The notes beneath the pieces are model-generated. The model made no database searches. It saw only the letters and a program-made list of their open reading frames with translations, and had not been told where the DNA came from. A stretch of 64,000 nucleotides of DNA from Octopus bimaculoides (lineage: Eukaryota), in contig NC_068990.1 of NCBI RefSeq assembly GCF_001194135.2, positions 45,426,361-45,490,360 on the forward strand, read 5' to 3'. This document shows, in pieces, positions 63,291 to 64,000 of the stretch (the stretch's first letter is position 1; every line of letters begins with the position of its first letter). Position numbers and translations under genes: made by a program.

Positions 63291-64000
63291 TCTTACTATA
63301 ATGGGCGTTATGTCTGTCTGTTCCCTTTTCACAGTCAAACAGCTGGACCAATGGTCATGATGTTTTTTTGTATTACGAAGGAGATAATGAAGAAAGGTTT
63401 TAGTGAATAAATTTGTGAAAAAATATAATTATTTAGTGGATATTGAGTTTTGTATTAAATCACCTTTGATCTTTTTTTTGTTAAAATTCCCGCAACAGGG
63501 ATTAACTCTGGATCCCCCCACCCCGATATAGTTCATGAATTTAGAGGGTTTAGATTTGCGATATTATCCCTTTATTTCCCATCGTAGATGGGCAGATTTG
63601 CCATCTGTCTGTCCGTCTCTTTGTTCTCTCTTCATGGCCAGATGGCTGGACCAATGGTTATGATATTTTTCGGGTAAATTTCTGTATTAACACCCGCATG
63701 ATTTTCACTAAGAAAAAAAAAAAAAAACTCAGATTTTTTGTTGGAATCAACTACCCTGGCCTCCTAATATACTGCAAATCCCTTATTTTGGTTCGGAAAA
63801 AAAAAGTGGGGGATGGGTGACCCTCCACCATCCCGGAATCATTGGAATTTTTTTTTCCCATTGAATGAATTCCTGCAACCTCCTAATATACTACAAAACC
63901 CTTTATGGGGTTCGAAAAACAGGGTGGGGTGAGGTGGAAGCCTCGAAAATTTCACCCCCACCCCCATTGATCTTTTCATCCACATGAACCGAAATAAGGG
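63291..64000 (+). mobile_element. Helitron/Helentron-like non-autonomous element(s)
   Basis: TCTTACTATAATGGGCG..gtctgtctgtt..aaacagctggaccaatgg; a second head ctgtctgtccgtc..atggctggaccaatgg at ~63605; runs off the window. Confidence 0.55.

Overview
AT-rich, microsatellite- and repeat-saturated eukaryotic DNA with 10 assembly gaps. The repeat families (tRNA/CORE-type SINEs with internal CA/TA tracts, RTE LINE 3' ends with (GAT)n tails, TAA-associated SINEs and R4/Dong fragments) suggest a coleoid cephalopod, probably Octopus; this is inference from recalled repeat sequences, not a search. I find no confident host protein-coding gene, rRNA, true tRNA gene or CRISPR array. Most provided ORFs are artefacts of N-gaps or microsatellites, or are pieces of decayed transposons. 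Supported content: two ~2.2-2.3 kb hAT transposons with TIRs, 8-bp TSDs and broken transposases; two hAT MITEs; three piggyBac-type MITEs; L1/Tx1, RTE, R4/Dong and Penelope-like retroelement fragments; dozens of SINEs; Helitron-like ends; several long inverted-repeat elements; and a 29-bp minisatellite. Most notable: minimal hammerhead-ribozyme motifs in Penelope-like terminal repeats, a Tx1-like LINE embedded in (TCTA)n at both ends, (TAA)n arrays acting as landing pads for SINE stacks and Dong fragments, and a ~98%-identical 213-bp inverted repeat enclosing 1.66 kb of older DNA.
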